A model generated the notes under the pieces. That model was given only the letters and a program-made list of their open reading frames with translations, was not told the origin of the DNA and did no database searches. Below are positions 26,336 to 27,313 of a stretch of DNA of 27,313 nt, one piece after another. Within the stretch, counting starts at the first letter, position 1, and each line of letters opens with the position of its first letter. Origin of the DNA: a virus (taxonomy: Duplodnaviria > Caudoviricetes). The stretch is from positions 1-27,313 of the IMG/VR virus record IMGVR_UViG_3300030376_005399, one strand, 5' to 3'. The translations under genes and the position numbers were made by a program.

Positions 26336-26414
26336 GTGTCAAGTATACTATACACAATCCGCGTATAGTATACAAAATCCGCGTATAGTATACAAAGTGT
26401 CAAGTATAGTATAC
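26336..26414. repeat. Four phased copies of the palindrome GTATASTATAC
   Basis: Copies start at 26343, 26363, 26383 and 26404 (spacing 20, 20, 21). Outer copies are preceded by GTGTCAA and inner copies by AATCCGC. Confidence 0.92.
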
Positions 26415-26522
26415 CCCACACCCAGTACGTTAGTATAAGTAAGTAGAGAGAATAAAATGTAACGCTTTGATAAACAATCAACGGTCAGGTAACAATCAGT
26501 GGTAAACTTTTAATAAAAGATT

Positions 26523-26753
26523 ATGGCTAAACAACGAGACTACCGCAAAGAGTACGACAATTATCATTCAAAGCCTGAGCAAAAGAAAAGACGCGCTCAA
26601 CGTAATGCAAGTCGGGCAAAACTATTGGCAACTGGTGCTGTAAAAAGAGGTGATGGTAAGGACGTTCATCACAAGGATAGGAACCCCTCAAACAACTCTA
26701 GGCAAAACCTTTCCGTGACTTCAAAGAAATATAACCGTAGTAGGAATAAGTGA
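26523..26753 (+). CDS. Small basic HNH endonuclease-like protein
   Basis: RDYRKEY...KRRAQRN...GDGKDVHHKD.NP.NN...NL.......NR, an H-N-N variant of the HNH motif typical of small phage HNH proteins. Confidence 0.75.
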   Translation: MAKQRDYRKEYDNYHSKPEQKKRRAQRNASRAKLLATGAVKRGDGKDVHHKDRNPSNNSRQNLSVTSKKYNRSRNK

Positions 26754-26953
26754 GTTGCCAAGTGCCGTTTTAGGCAAAAAATTCTGTGTAAGGCTATATA
26801 TATACATACGGGGGCCGAAGGGGGGTGGGGGGTATTTGTGTCCAGCTGGCAACTGGTCCGCCTAGGCAATCAAACTACTATCATAAACAAGCCAGCTGTC
26901 GCAGGTTCATTGCAAACCCTCTGCAAAGTCTCTAAAAATACTATCATATTAGG

Positions 26954-27313
26954 TCAAATTTGGTCCGGTAATTGGGATAATACGGCGATATTTACCACTG
27001 GCTGTTCGTTTTCCCCTATATTGAATAGATTGGCGGCGCGTTTCTGTACTGATTCAGCAATGCGCTCTCTAGTGTGTAGCTGAGGAAGGTCCAGCTCGTT
27101 CGGTTGCCAGCTGGCTAAGGCTTTTGCGCTTGTTTCAATATCTGTGGCCAGCTGGGATTTGACCAACTCGGCCAACTGCTTTATCTGGCTTTCATCCATC
27201 TTGGCAACTTCATTGCCTTTTTTATTGCCAGTTTTAGCAATCGGCTTTTTTGCGCTTCCTTTGTTATTCCACCCGTTCTTTTCCGCATTATATCTTAAAC
27301 CCCTAACACTTGC
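26954..27313 (-). CDS. Putative terminase small subunit-like HTH protein, 5'-truncated
   Basis: The frame of track ORF 26954..27199 stays open to the window edge: ASVRGLRYNAEKNGW... resembles the end of the TerS N-terminal HTH (S..xIR.RA...GW). The C-terminus is PVVNIAVLSQLPDQI. Confidence 0.5.
   Translation of the reverse strand, partial: ASVRGLRYNAEKNGWNNKGSAKKPIAKTGNKKGNEVAKMDESQIKQLAELVKSQLATDIETSAKALASWQPNELDLPQLHTRERIAESVQKRAANLFNIGENEQPVVNIAVLSQLPDQI

Noticed and set aside
26336-26414. Mini CRISPR array
   Set aside because: The repeat is only 11 bp with 9-10 bp spacers that are themselves duplicated, and no cas genes are present.
26669-27083. ORFs 26669..26869 (-) and 26838..27083 (+)
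   Set aside because: They overlap the HNH and terS-like genes on opposite strands and cross low-complexity DNA.
1-27313. Alternative genetic code, diversity-generating retroelement, tRNA genes or integrase
   Set aside because: TAA, TAG and TGA all end genes and coding density is high under the standard code. I saw no reverse transcriptase, TR/VR pair, cloverleaf or recombinase motif.

Overview
This window is a 27.3 kb piece of a tailed dsDNA phage genome with a podovirus-like gene set (no tape measure or sheath gene). It holds most of the virion morphogenesis region in two divergent operons that start from an 83-bp intergenic region at 12043-12125. The leftward (-) operon runs: terminase large subunit, Cys-rich protein, portal, two glycosyltransferase-like genes, small protein, scaffold, a 331-bp structured intergenic region, major capsid, small virion protein, and a LamG/CBM tail fibre that runs off the left edge and is missing from the ORF track. 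The rightward (+) operon runs: collagen-containing fibre, nozzle/stabilisation protein, 38-aa ORF, tail-collar-like protein, adaptor, two ejection/pilot-like proteins and a 2294-aa polyvalent protein. The right end has small ORFs (DUF5679-like Zn ribbon, HNH), a phased array of four palindromes and a truncated terminase-small-subunit-like gene. The most notable observations are (1) a sigma-factor-like module embedded in the giant putative ejected protein, (2) strong frame-independent enrichment of the palindrome CAGCTG/CCAGCTGG that is absent from the tail fibre gene, (3) two GT-A-like genes inside the head operon, (4) a capsid leader with possible pseudoknots and (5) a shared CGTTTGACRGTT motif upstream of three late transcription units. 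All functional calls come from motif recognition and synteny by eye. No database searches were run and all counts are manual.
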